64,000 nucleotides of DNA, taken from assembly GCA_963637505.1 (NCBI GenBank), contig CAVHNP010000001.1, positions 36,879 through 100,878 of the forward strand. The letters are read 5' to 3'. A program made the position numbers and the translations under genes. The notes below the pieces were generated by a model. That model was not told the DNA's origin, did no database searches, and saw nothing but the letters and a program-made list of their open reading frames with translations. Shown here one piece after another: positions 1 through 8,973 of this stretch (the first letter of the stretch is position 1; every line of letters starts with the position of its first letter). This DNA is from Prevotella sp. CAG:279. Its GTDB lineage: Bacteria > Bacillota > Clostridia > Lachnospirales > Lachnospiraceae.

Positions 1-1
1 C

Positions 2-1030
2 CTCTTTTGTATTCTATTGCTCATCGTTCTTATCATCACCAATCTTCTCGGCGTGGATATGTTTGCAAAGATCCAGAACTTTGTTGTTTATGGATTGATT
101 TTATCCCTTGTGATCATGGGCATTCTCGGAATTGCCGGCCTAGGAACAGGAGAAAGGATTCATCAGCAGATGAATTTGACCTCCGGGCTATCCGATAGCT
201 TTTCCCTGCTCGGTCTGGCCTTTTTCCTCTTTATCGGAAGTGAATTCGTCATTCCGATCTCCAGAAATGTAAAAAATGCAAGAAGAAACATTCCCCTCGG
301 TATGATCTTCAGTCTTCTCATCATATGCGTCATGCAGATCCTGGTCGTGATCGGCATGGGAAACTACACCCCCTGGCAGGAATTGGAAGAAAGTGCTTCT
401 CCCCATATTCTCTATGGCACAGCCCTTCTCGGTAGGATCGGTTCCTTATGGATGATCCTGGTTTCGGTCTTTGCCGTGATCAGTACCGTGAATTCTGCAA
501 TCAGTTTTCTTTCCTATATGTGTGCCGGAATGGCAAAAATCAATTTACTTCCGGAATTCTTTTTAAAGAAGAATAAGAGGGGCGCCTACTATGTCGGCAT
601 TCTGGGAATCGGCGCCATTATGATCCTTGTCAATGCGACTGGATTATCCACAAGTGATTCTTTATCCTTCATGATCCTGGTTGCCATTGTCTTCTGGATG
701 GTTTCCTATGTGATCTCGAATATCAATGTGATTCTCTTCCGCAAGAAGCTGCCCAAGGCACCAAGAACCTTCAAGGTACCGGGCGGAATCACCATTCCCC
801 TCATCGGGATCATCGGAAATCTCTTTATGATCTGGAATATATCGGGGGATGCTGCAACAAGACGGATGATCTACACGATTGACGGAATCATATTTTTAAT
901 ATTATGCCTATATGCCTTTCTCTGGTGCAAATATAAGCTGAAAAAGCCCATGTTTAAACCGGTTCCGTTGAAAGAGGTAATGGCAATGGAAAATCCATTA
1001 TATCTTTTGGCGCATAAAGAAAAGAAATAA
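2..1030 (+). CDS. APC-family amino acid permease, C-terminal part (5' end lies upstream of the window)
   Basis: The frame is open from the window edge; the track start at 17 is only a TTG. There is a string of hydrophobic helices and a charged C-terminal tail typical of APC permeases. Confidence 0.7.
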   Translation, partial: LFCILLLIVLIITNLLGVDMFAKIQNFVVYGLILSLVIMGILGIAGLGTGERIHQQMNLTSGLSDSFSLLGLAFFLFIGSEFVIPISRNVKNARRNIPLGMIFSLLIICVMQILVVIGMGNYTPWQELEESASPHILYGTALLGRIGSLWMILVSVFAVISTVNSAISFLSYMCAGMAKINLLPEFFLKKNKRGAYYVGILGIGAIMILVNATGLSTSDSLSFMILVAIVFWMVSYVISNINVILFRKKLPKAPRTFKVPGGITIPLIGIIGNLFMIWNISGDAATRRMIYTIDGIIFLILCLYAFLWCKYKLKKPMFKPVPLKEVMAMENPLYLLAHKEKK

Positions 1031-1068
1031 GAGTTTATGAAAAAGATTTTAGAAGAAAAGGAGAATGA

Positions 1069-2205
1069 ATGATGGAATATCCAAAAGTTGATTTTTTGTA
1101 TTTGAACGAAGATGATATGGTGGCAGCCGGTGTAAAGGATATGAAGGGCTGCGTAGAAGCGATGGAAGAGATGTTCAAGCTGATGAAGGTCGGAAACTAT
1201 CGTATGGGCGGGGCAAACGGCAATTCCCATGGCAGTATGGTCATGTTTCCGGAAAAATCAAAATTCCCGGAAATGCCGGTTGACGGCCCGGACCGGAGAT
1301 TTATGGCTATGCCGGCTTACCTTGGCGGTAAATTTGATATGGCAGGCGTAAAATGGTACGGATCCAATGTTCAAAATAAAGAAAAAGGACTTCCCAGATC
1401 CATTCTTATGCTGACTCTCAATGATAAAGATACAGGAGCACCCCTCGCTTATATGTCAGCAAATATCTTATCAGCCTACAGAACAGGTGCTGTTCCCGGC
1501 GTCGGATTCAAGTACTTTGCCAAAGAAAATGCAGAAAGCATCGGCATCGTAGGTCCCGGCGTTATGAGCAAGACAGCCCTTGCCGCAGCGCTCGCCGTCC
1601 GTCCGACCATTAAAAAGGTAAAGGTAAAAGGAAGAGGAAAGGCCTCCCTTGATAAATTCATTGCCTATGTAAAGAAAGAATATCCGAATCTTGAGGTTTC
1701 TGCGGTAGACAGTATCGAAGAAGCCGTTCGGGATTCCGATATCGTTTCCGTATCCACCTCTTCTCCGACAGGAGATCCCTCCCAGTATCCCTATATTGCA
1801 GAAGAATGGATCAAGCCGGGTGCGATCATAGAATCCACCGCCGCCTTACGCTTTGATGATGATTTTATCATTCACAGGGCAAGAACCGTTACCGACAATA
1901 TTATGCTCTATGAAGCCTGGGAAGAAGAGATGAAGCCGAATGCCTACAATACCATTCCCATTCCAGCTGTTCATGTAGAAGACCTGATCGCGGAAGGCAA
2001 AATGAAAGCAGAGCAGATCGATGATCTGGGCGATGTCCTGCTTGGCAATATTCCGGTACACAGAAAAAAAGATGAGATCGTGATCTACTCCGTAGGCGGC
2101 ATGCCGACAGAGGATGTTGCATGGGGAACCTGTGTCTACCGAAATGCCTTAAAGAAAGGCATCGGAACCAAGTTAAACCTTTGGAGTTCCCCCAAGATGG
2201 TATGA
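1069..2205 (+). CDS. Ornithine cyclodeaminase / mu-crystallin family NAD-binding protein
   Basis: 378-aa ORF with an AAGGAG RBS 5 nt upstream. It has a Rossmann motif (IGIVGPGVMSK) and an overall OCD-family layout. Substrate is unknown. Confidence 0.7.
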   Translation: MMEYPKVDFLYLNEDDMVAAGVKDMKGCVEAMEEMFKLMKVGNYRMGGANGNSHGSMVMFPEKSKFPEMPVDGPDRRFMAMPAYLGGKFDMAGVKWYGSNVQNKEKGLPRSILMLTLNDKDTGAPLAYMSANILSAYRTGAVPGVGFKYFAKENAESIGIVGPGVMSKTALAAALAVRPTIKKVKVKGRGKASLDKFIAYVKKEYPNLEVSAVDSIEEAVRDSDIVSVSTSSPTGDPSQYPYIAEEWIKPGAIIESTAALRFDDDFIIHRARTVTDNIMLYEAWEEEMKPNAYNTIPIPAVHVEDLIAEGKMKAEQIDDLGDVLLGNIPVHRKKDEIVIYSVGGMPTEDVAWGTCVYRNALKKGIGTKLNLWSSPKMV

Positions 2206-2267
2206 TACAAGAAAGAATCCTACTTGGTCGCATTGCTTCGCAACACGACATACCGCGAGCTGCGCAT

Positions 2268-2504
2268 CTATACCATACACTCCTGCAGGCCTTCTGCTTC
2301 CAAACCGGCTCCTTTCATCAAAGAAAGGAGCCTTTCTTTTTCTGCAGGATCGGCAGCCCAGGCCAGGCCACAGCCGGCAGAAATCTCCCTCGGAACCGGG
2401 ATCATTCTGCCATTTGCTCCTTTCTCCTTACATAGCTTTTCCATTGCCATGGATTCTGTTGTGGTATGAAAGGTGATGACCAGCTTTAATTCTTTTTTTC
2501 TCAT
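2268..2504 (-). CDS. DUF3343-type small protein (putative Se/S carrier-like)
   Basis: 78-aa ORF whose start overlaps the yedF stop by 4 nt (ATGA). Its size and its position next to yedF/selD are typical of DUF3343. Confidence 0.6.
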   Translation of the reverse strand: MRKKELKLVITFHTTTESMAMEKLCKEKGANGRMIPVPREISAGCGLAWAADPAEKERLLSLMKGAGLEAEGLQECMV

Positions 2505-3121
2505 GGTTTTATGATCTTTCCACCCTTGATCTGGGTTTCTACGATCTCATACATATTGGAAACAGAACCGACTGCTAATTTTTCCGTCAGACCATAGTGA
2601 TTCAGGCAGGTTCCGCAGGTGATGATCTTTGTTCCCTGCTCTTCCAAAAGCTTCAGATCTTCGAGAGAATCAGATCCCTCACAGGTCAGAAAGGCACCGG
2701 AGTTATAGCAGATCAAATTTTCCGGGATCTGATCCTGGCTGGTGAGGGCGAAAATAAAGGCCTTCATCAGGGCTTTTCCCAGATCATCATCACCGTTACC
2801 CATTCGGTTGGAAGAGAGGACCACGGTGAATTTGCCGGAAGTCTCTGCCGGAGAAGGAAGCTCAGTAACTTCCTCCGCAGCTTCTGCATTCGGATCTGCT
2901 TTAACCTGAATTTTCACCTGATACTCCTTTTCGCCCAGCTTTTCACTTGTGCTGGTAAAGTTTTTGGAATTTGCGAATTTTGTCAGATTTTTTACAGCGG
3001 TCTCGTTATCCACCTGAACCAGAAGACTGCCGTCCTCTGTAAATTCTTCAATCGTCTTTTTTGCTGTTACAACCGGAAGTGGGCATTCCATTCCTCTGCA
3101 GTCAATTGTTTTTTCCATCAT
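2501..3121 (-). CDS. yedF: YedF-type selenium metabolism protein (TusA/SirA-like N-domain + DsrE-like C-domain)
   Basis: The N-terminus has the TusA-type CPxP motif (DCRGMECPLPVV). The C-terminal half is DsrE-like. It lies in the selD operon. Confidence 0.75.
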   Translation of the reverse strand: MMEKTIDCRGMECPLPVVTAKKTIEEFTEDGSLLVQVDNETAVKNLTKFANSKNFTSTSEKLGEKEYQVKIQVKADPNAEAAEEVTELPSPAETSGKFTVVLSSNRMGNGDDDLGKALMKAFIFALTSQDQIPENLICYNSGAFLTCEGSDSLEDLKLLEEQGTKIITCGTCLNHYGLTEKLAVGSVSNMYEIVETQIKGGKIIKP

Positions 3122-3196
3122 AAACTCCTTTTTCTTATATAATTTATAATTTTGTATTGAAAGACTCTTTTATTATTTGTGCTTCGGGACTTTGGC

Positions 3197-4333
3197 TTAG
3201 GAAGCCGTCATTTCCAGAAGTGCCTTTATTGCACTATCTATTTCTTCCTCTGTATTGAAGTAAGAAAAGCTGAAGCGAACGGCTCCCTGCGAAACCGTGC
3301 CAAGACTTTCATGCATCAGAGGGGCGCAGTGGGCACCCGGCCTTGTGCAGATACCGTAGTCCTGAGCCAGCTCATCCGCCACCTCCGAGGAATCATAGTC
3401 AGCGATATTTAATGCCAGAATGGCACAGCGGTCAAAGCTCGAAAAATCTCCGTAGATCTTAATATCGGGCAGATCCTTGATTCCCTCATAAAAACGCTGC
3501 AGGAGACTCCTTTCCTTTTGCCGGATCTGCTCCAGACCGGTTCGCTTTAAAAATTCTACCGCGGCATGCAGGCCGGCAATCCCGTGTCCGTTTAAGGTGC
3601 CGGCTTCTAGGGCTGTCGGCATCTGATCGGGATGCTTTTTGGAGTAAGTCAGGATCCCGCTTCCTCCGCTTTTTAAGGGCCGGATCTGAATTCCCTTTCT
3701 GACACAGATCCCACCTGTTCCCTGGGGGCCAAGCAGACTTTTATGACCGGTAAAGCAGAGTACATCGATCTGCATCTTCTGCATGTCAATGTCCATCACC
3801 CCCGCCGTCTGGGACGCATCCAGAAGGAAGAGAAGACCATGCGCCTTGCAGATCCTTCCGATTCGTTCAATATCCAAAAGATTTCCGGTCAGATTAGAGG
3901 CATGGGTGCAGATAATGGCCTTCGTGTTTTTCCGGATCAGCTTTTCAAAGGCTTCATAGTCCGGAAGGCCTTTTTTATCCGCAGAAACAAAGGATAGCTC
4001 TAAGCCCTTTTCCTCCAGCTCATAGAGGGGGCGGAGAACGGAATTATGTTCCAAAACCGTAGTGATCACGTGATCCCCCGGGACAAATAGCCCCTTTATC
4101 GCTGTATTTAAAGCCTCTGTTGAGTTGGAACAAAAGGCCACGCCGGATGGATCTCCCAGACCAAAAAAGTCAGAGAGCAGGGCGCGGGTATCATAGATCG
4201 TCCTGGCACTTTCCAAGGAAGCAGCATGGGCTCCTCTTCCGGCATTTCCCATGCTTTGAAGAGCTTGACAGATGGCCTCTGCCACCTCGGGCGGCTTTGG
4301 CATACTGCTTGCCGCATTGTCAAAATAAATCAT
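3197..4333 (-). CDS. Class V aminotransferase: cysteine desulfurase / selenocysteine lyase-like
   Basis: Start placed at MIYFDNAASS (ATG 4333, GGAGG RBS upstream) rather than the longer track ORF that overlaps moaC. A PLP-lysine context (FTGHKSL) is present. Confidence 0.8.
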   Translation of the reverse strand: MIYFDNAASSMPKPPEVAEAICQALQSMGNAGRGAHAASLESARTIYDTRALLSDFFGLGDPSGVAFCSNSTEALNTAIKGLFVPGDHVITTVLEHNSVLRPLYELEEKGLELSFVSADKKGLPDYEAFEKLIRKNTKAIICTHASNLTGNLLDIERIGRICKAHGLLFLLDASQTAGVMDIDMQKMQIDVLCFTGHKSLLGPQGTGGICVRKGIQIRPLKSGGSGILTYSKKHPDQMPTALEAGTLNGHGIAGLHAAVEFLKRTGLEQIRQKERSLLQRFYEGIKDLPDIKIYGDFSSFDRCAILALNIADYDSSEVADELAQDYGICTRPGAHCAPLMHESLGTVSQGAVRFSFSYFNTEEEIDSAIKALLEMTAS

Positions 4334-4347
4334 AGCCTGCCTCCCCT

Positions 4348-4818
4348 TTAAAAATGAAAGTCCCCGCTCTTTCCTCCGCTCTTCTCGCAAAGATGAATAT
4401 CCGAAATGACCATGCGCTTGTCAATTGCCTTGCACATATCGTAAATGGTAAGAAGGGCAGTTGTCAGACCGGTTAAGGCTTCCATTTCCACGCCGGTTTT
4501 TCCGTCCGTTTTTACCCGGCAAAATGCCTTGATCTCCAGGGCTTCCTCATCCAGTTCAAAACGAATGGATGCGCCGGTAAGATGGAGAAGATGGCACATG
4601 GGGATCAGATCACTGGTTCTTTTGGTTGCCATGATGCCGGCTGTTGTGGCAACCGTCAGCACATCGCCCTTTTTTACCTTTTTCCCTAGGATGGCATCAA
4701 ATACCTCTTTGCTTACGGCAATTTTTCCTTCGGCAAGGGCTTCCCTATGGGTCACTTCCTTCTCCGACACATCCACCATATAGGCATTGCCGCTTTCATC
4801 AAAATGACTGAATTCCAT
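4348..4818 (-). CDS. moaC: Cyclic pyranopterin monophosphate synthase MoaC
   Basis: 156 aa with full-length MoaC-like sequence (MVDVSEK...TGVEMEALT...). Confidence 0.9.
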   Translation of the reverse strand: MEFSHFDESGNAYMVDVSEKEVTHREALAEGKIAVSKEVFDAILGKKVKKGDVLTVATTAGIMATKRTSDLIPMCHLLHLTGASIRFELDEEALEIKAFCRVKTDGKTGVEMEALTGLTTALLTIYDMCKAIDKRMVISDIHLCEKSGGKSGDFHF

Positions 4819-4839
4819 TTTCTTTCTGCCTTTCTCTTC

Positions 4840-5877
4840 TTATTCCAGATATATACTGCTTCCCTGAAATTCGCTTACATACCCGATCTTCGCAGCCTGG
4901 GGAATCTGCTCCTGCAGTTCCTTCAGCATAGCGTCTGCCTCCTTTTCCGGAAGAGAGATCAGAAGACCGCCTGATGTCTGGGGATCATAGAAAATGTCCT
5001 GCAGGGGCTGGGGAATCTCCCGGGTCAGCTTTACGCCCTTTCCGGCATAGTCCATATTCCGATAGGCTCCGGCAGGGATCAGTCCCATGTTGGCCAGATC
5101 AAAGGCTTCCTCATGATAGGGCACCTGGTCGGAGAGAATATGAATGCTGGTATTGCTTCCCTGGGCCATTTCATAGCTGTGACCCAGAAGGGCAAAGCCG
5201 GTAACATCCGTACAGCTGTTTACCGGATATTTTACCATAATATCCCTGGCTGTTTTATTTAAGCTAGCCATCTGCTGATAGATCTTCTTCATATCCGTTC
5301 TTTCTACCAGATCAACCTTAGCAGAAGTAGTCAGGATTCCGATGCCCAAGGGCTTGGTAAGAATCAGAGCATCTCCGGGTCTGGCACTACTGTTTGTCAG
5401 CACCTTATTCGGATCGACAAAGCCGGAAACAGCCAGACCATAGATTGGTTCTGATCCGGAAATGGTATGACCGCCTGTGATGATCGCTCCGGCCTCATAG
5501 GCCTTTGCATAGCCTCCGCGCAGAATTTCCTGAACCGTTTCCTTCTCCATCTCATCTGTGATACACATGATGTTCAGAGCCAGTTTCGGTTCTCCTCCCA
5601 TGGCATAGACATCGCTTAGGGCATTTGCTGCCGCGATCTGGCCGAAGAGAAAAGGATCATCTACGATCGGCGGGAAAAAATCCGTTGTCTGGATCAGGGC
5701 AGTTGTCTCATTGATCTTATAAACACTGGCATCATCGCTTTTGTCATAGCCAACCAGGAGGCGGGGATCACTATGGGTCTGAAAACCTTCCAAAAGCCTG
5801 GAAAGCGTACCCGCACCAACCTTCGCACCACAACCGGCACAGCCGGCCAGTTTTGTTAGTTTTACTTCTGTTTCCAA
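4840..5877 (-). CDS. selD: Selenide, water dikinase SelD (Cys-type, not a selenoprotein)
   Basis: 345 aa. The N-terminal glycine-rich loop LAGCAGCGAKVG carries Cys, not TGA. An AIR-synthase-like fold pattern is present. Confidence 0.9.
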   Translation of the reverse strand: METEVKLTKLAGCAGCGAKVGAGTLSRLLEGFQTHSDPRLLVGYDKSDDASVYKINETTALIQTTDFFPPIVDDPFLFGQIAAANALSDVYAMGGEPKLALNIMCITDEMEKETVQEILRGGYAKAYEAGAIITGGHTISGSEPIYGLAVSGFVDPNKVLTNSSARPGDALILTKPLGIGILTTSAKVDLVERTDMKKIYQQMASLNKTARDIMVKYPVNSCTDVTGFALLGHSYEMAQGSNTSIHILSDQVPYHEEAFDLANMGLIPAGAYRNMDYAGKGVKLTREIPQPLQDIFYDPQTSGGLLISLPEKEADAMLKELQEQIPQAAKIGYVSEFQGSSIYLE

Positions 5878-5941
5878 TGTATTCTCCTATATAATAAGTA
5901 GTCTCTTATAGGTCTCAGATAGTTTCTATTATAAAAGAATT

Positions 5942-5956
5942 TTTCTAAATCAGAAA
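5942..5956. promoter_or_regulatory. LTTR-type dyad TTTCT-N5-AGAAA (contains T-N11-A) in the selD/lysR divergent region
   Basis: The palindrome tttctaaatcagaaa was read directly. It sits between the divergent selD and LysR starts. Confidence 0.3.
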
Positions 5957-6036
5957 AAAAGATTATAATAAACACTCGATATTTATTAGAAAATATAATA
6001 AAATGAGAAAAAGAGCAAAAGAAAAGGAGGTAAGCC

Positions 6037-6933
6037 ATGGAATTTAAACAGCTTCAATCATTTGCCGCCTTAGTAAAATACAAAAGCTTCAGCAAGGTGG
6101 CCGATAAGCTTTATATCTCTCAGCCAACCGTCAGCACCCACGTACGGGATCTGGAAAAGGAACTGAAGACAAAGCTTGTCATCCGCAGCACCCACAGCGT
6201 GGAGATCACGGAAAAGGGCTATGAGCTCTACAACTTTTCCTGCCACGTCCTTGATATGAGGGATCATTTACTGGAACAATGGTCCAGCGAGGAGAAGGGC
6301 CTTTTGCATATCGCTGCTTCGACCATTCCGGCCGCCTATCTTCTCCCTCAGCTTCTGACCGGCTTTGAAAAGGAGCAGAAAAATGTCAGGGTTATCCTGA
6401 AGCAGGGAGACAGCCGGGACGTCATCGATGGCGTGCTGAAAGGCATTTTTGACCTTGGCTTTTCCGGCATGAAATCCGAGGACAGCGATCTGATCTTTTG
6501 GCCCATCTGCAAGGATCATATGGTTCTGATCACTCCGGTCAAAGAGCCCTTCCTGACCTGGAAGAAGGCGGGTGAGATCCCTGTGAATGAGCTGAAACGG
6601 ATTCCCTTTTTACGGAGAGAGGACGGAAGCGGAAGTCAGAAAAATGCCGACCGTTTTCTGGAGGAGATCGGTCTCAAAGAAGAAGAGCGTATTTCCGCCG
6701 GACAGGTAACAGAGCAGGAGTCTCTGAAAAAACTGGTAGAAGCCGGGATCGGTGTCGCAGTCTCTTCCCAGTGTTCTGTGCAGAGCGAAGCAGATCAGGG
6801 CAAATTACTCACCTTTGAACTGCCCGGCTGTGAAACCCAGAGAAATCTCTATCTCCTCTATCGAAAGGATGAAATTCGCAAATCTTCTGCCGAAGCCTTC
6901 ATCCGTTTTGTAAGAAATGAAGATGTTTTCTAA
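6037..6933 (+). CDS. LysR-family transcriptional regulator (selenium-metabolism-associated by context)
   Basis: 298 aa with an N-terminal wHTH (FSKVADKLYISQPTVSTHVRDLE) and a GGAGG RBS. It is divergent from selD. Confidence 0.85.
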   Translation: MEFKQLQSFAALVKYKSFSKVADKLYISQPTVSTHVRDLEKELKTKLVIRSTHSVEITEKGYELYNFSCHVLDMRDHLLEQWSSEEKGLLHIAASTIPAAYLLPQLLTGFEKEQKNVRVILKQGDSRDVIDGVLKGIFDLGFSGMKSEDSDLIFWPICKDHMVLITPVKEPFLTWKKAGEIPVNELKRIPFLRREDGSGSQKNADRFLEEIGLKEEERISAGQVTEQESLKKLVEAGIGVAVSSQCSVQSEADQGKLLTFELPGCETQRNLYLLYRKDEIRKSSAEAFIRFVRNEDVF

Positions 6934-6967
6934 AATTATTTGATAAAGTATAAAATTTATTTTAAAA

Positions 6968-6985
6968 TTGTGCAGTAAAACACAA
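6968..6985. promoter_or_regulatory. Dyad TTGTG-N8-CACAA (Rex / CRP-FNR-type half-site spacing) upstream of the Sec-FDH operon
   Basis: ttgtgcagtaaaacacaa was read directly; it has 5+5 perfect inverted half-sites. Confidence 0.4.
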
Positions 6986-7015
6986 ATGGAAAGGGGAAAT
7001 ATAGACTTCCTTCCA

Positions 7016-7044
7016 TTGAATTCACTTTTCTGCACATTTATAAT
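7016..7044 (+). promoter_or_regulatory. Sigma-70-type promoter of the Sec-FDH operon (-35 TTGAAT, 17 nt, -10 TATAAT)
   Basis: Hexamers and 17-nt spacer were counted in the sequence. The promoter is ~85 nt upstream of the ATG at 7129. Confidence 0.5.
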
Positions 7045-7128
7045 TTAGTACAGTAGCAGTATAGTCGGTTTTACTATGCAATTTTTTCTTCATTAAAATA
7101 ATTGCATAAAAATAAAGAGGTGTTACCT

Positions 7129-8973
7129 ATGGCAAAAATCTATTTGGCCGATCCCAACAATTGTGATGTCCGGATTGGCACAATGCTGGAAAAATTTGTC
7201 AATAAGGTGCTTAGTTACCCACCGGGAACCTGTCCTCTGACTGTGCAGTATTCACTTTTACTTGCATCTATGAACCAAACCTGCGGAAAATGTGTTCCCT
7301 GCCGTGATGGTCTGCCTCAGCTGTCCACCCTTCTGAAGAAGGTACTGGATGGAGAAGGCACACCGGAAACGGTAGAAGAGATCCGTTTTCTCGCAACCAT
7401 GATCAATGAAAGTGCAGACTGTGCGATCGGATATCAGGCTGCCGCTGAGGTGCTCAAGGGTCTGGATAATTTCAAACTGGAATATGAAAGCCATATTCAT
7501 GAGCATGTCTGTCCTTCTGATGTAGGACAGAAGGTACCTTGTATTAATTTATGTCCGGCACATGTTGATATTCCCGGATACATTGCCCTGGTCGGAGAGG
7601 GACGTTATGCAGATTGTATCAATCTGATCCGCAAAGACAACCCCCTGCCTACCTCCTGTGCAATGATCTGTGAGCATCCCTGTGAAAACAGATGCCGCCG
7701 CCGTCTGATCGATGATGCGATCAATATCCGCGGCCTCAAGAAATTTGCAGTCGATCAGATCCCTGTCGATCAGGTCAAGGTGCCCCGGCACCTGCCTTCT
7801 ACCGGTAAGAGTATCGGTATTATCGGAGGAGGTCCTGCAGGTCTTACCGCCGGATATTTCCTGGCTTTGATGGGACATAAGGTTATCATATATGAGCGCC
7901 AGCCCAAGCTGGGCGGTATGCTTCGTTATGGTATCCCGAATTACCGTTTCCCCAAAGATCGTTTGGATGAGGATATTAACGGTATTCTTTCCGCCGGTGA
8001 TATTGAAGTCAAATATGACACACATATCGATACGGCAGAGAAGATCCGTCAGGTTCAATCAGAGCATGATGCCATCTTTGTTGCGATCGGTGCCCAGGTC
8101 GGCAAAAAACTTCGCTTGGACGGCATCGATGCGGCGAATGTAGAATCCGCTGTAGATATGCTGGATCGTGTCGGAAAAGGAAACCGGCCGGATTATACCG
8201 GCAAGACCGTCTGTGTCATCGGCGGCGGAAACGTTGCCATGGATGCAGCCCGTTCTGCCCTTCGCTGCGGTGCGGATGATGTCCGTGTCATCTACAGAAG
8301 AAGACAGGAGGATATGACGGCTCTTGATTCGGAGATCGAGTCTGCTATGCAGGAGGGCATTGAATTTATGACCCTGCAGGCACCCAAGTCGATCGAAAAG
8401 GACAGCTACGGCAAATGTGCAGCCCTGGTTGTACAGCCCCAGATGATCGGTCCTTATGACAGGGCAGGAAGACCCAGTCCGACAGATGCCAAGAAGGATG
8501 CCCTTCGCATCCCCTGCGATGCGGTTCTGATCGCAGTCGGACAGGATATCGTCTCCGCTCCTTTTGAAGAATTCGGTATGCCGGCAAATCGAGGCGTCTT
8601 CCAGGGGAATCTGGACACCACGATCGATGACATGCCTGGCGTCTTTGTCGGCGGTGACTGTGCGACAGCACCGGCTACGGCAATCCGTGCAATTGCTGCA
8701 GGAAAAGTTGCAGCAAGAAATATAGATGAATATCTTGGTTATCATCATACCCAGCCATGTGATGTAGAAGCGCCCCTTCCGAGGGAGAATACCCGTGTTC
8801 AGATCGGACGCGCAAATATCACGGAAAGGCCGGCTTATATCCGAAAACATGACTTTGAGCATGTAGAAAATGCTTATACCTATGACGAAGCCATGCAGGA
8901 ATCCAGCCGCTGTCTCAGATGTGATCACTTTGGCTGCGGTGTTCTGAAAGGAGGTAGAGATTTTAATGATTAA
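7129..8973 (+). CDS. FDH electron-transfer subunit: NuoF-type 4Fe-4S module fused to GltD-like NAD(P)H/FAD oxidoreductase
   Basis: Start at MAKIYLADP, which has an AAAGAGG RBS and aligns with the start of the paralog at 21242. Motifs are CGKCVPCRDG, CEHPCENRC, GIIGGGPAGL and VIGGGNVAMDAAR. Confidence 0.85.
   Translation: MAKIYLADPNNCDVRIGTMLEKFVNKVLSYPPGTCPLTVQYSLLLASMNQTCGKCVPCRDGLPQLSTLLKKVLDGEGTPETVEEIRFLATMINESADCAIGYQAAAEVLKGLDNFKLEYESHIHEHVCPSDVGQKVPCINLCPAHVDIPGYIALVGEGRYADCINLIRKDNPLPTSCAMICEHPCENRCRRRLIDDAINIRGLKKFAVDQIPVDQVKVPRHLPSTGKSIGIIGGGPAGLTAGYFLALMGHKVIIYERQPKLGGMLRYGIPNYRFPKDRLDEDINGILSAGDIEVKYDTHIDTAEKIRQVQSEHDAIFVAIGAQVGKKLRLDGIDAANVESAVDMLDRVGKGNRPDYTGKTVCVIGGGNVAMDAARSALRCGADDVRVIYRRRQEDMTALDSEIESAMQEGIEFMTLQAPKSIEKDSYGKCAALVVQPQMIGPYDRAGRPSPTDAKKDALRIPCDAVLIAVGQDIVSAPFEEFGMPANRGVFQGNLDTTIDDMPGVFVGGDCATAPATAIRAIAAGKVAARNIDEYLGYHHTQPCDVEAPLPRENTRVQIGRANITERPAYIRKHDFEHVENAYTYDEAMQESSRCLRCDHFGCGVLKGGRDFND

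Noticed and set aside
2221-2280. GC-rich stretch between the OCD-family gene and DUF3343 (ggtcgcattgcttcgcaacacgacataccgcgagctgcgcatctatacc) that loosely resembles the 12146/41946 module.
   Set aside because: The similarity is limited to short fragments (gcgaagc, accgcgagc) with inconsistent spacing. It could not be aligned convincingly by hand.
5820-5860. Checked whether selD itself is a selenoprotein.
   Set aside because: The N-terminal loop reads LAGCAGCGAKV with ordinary Cys codons and has no in-frame TGA.
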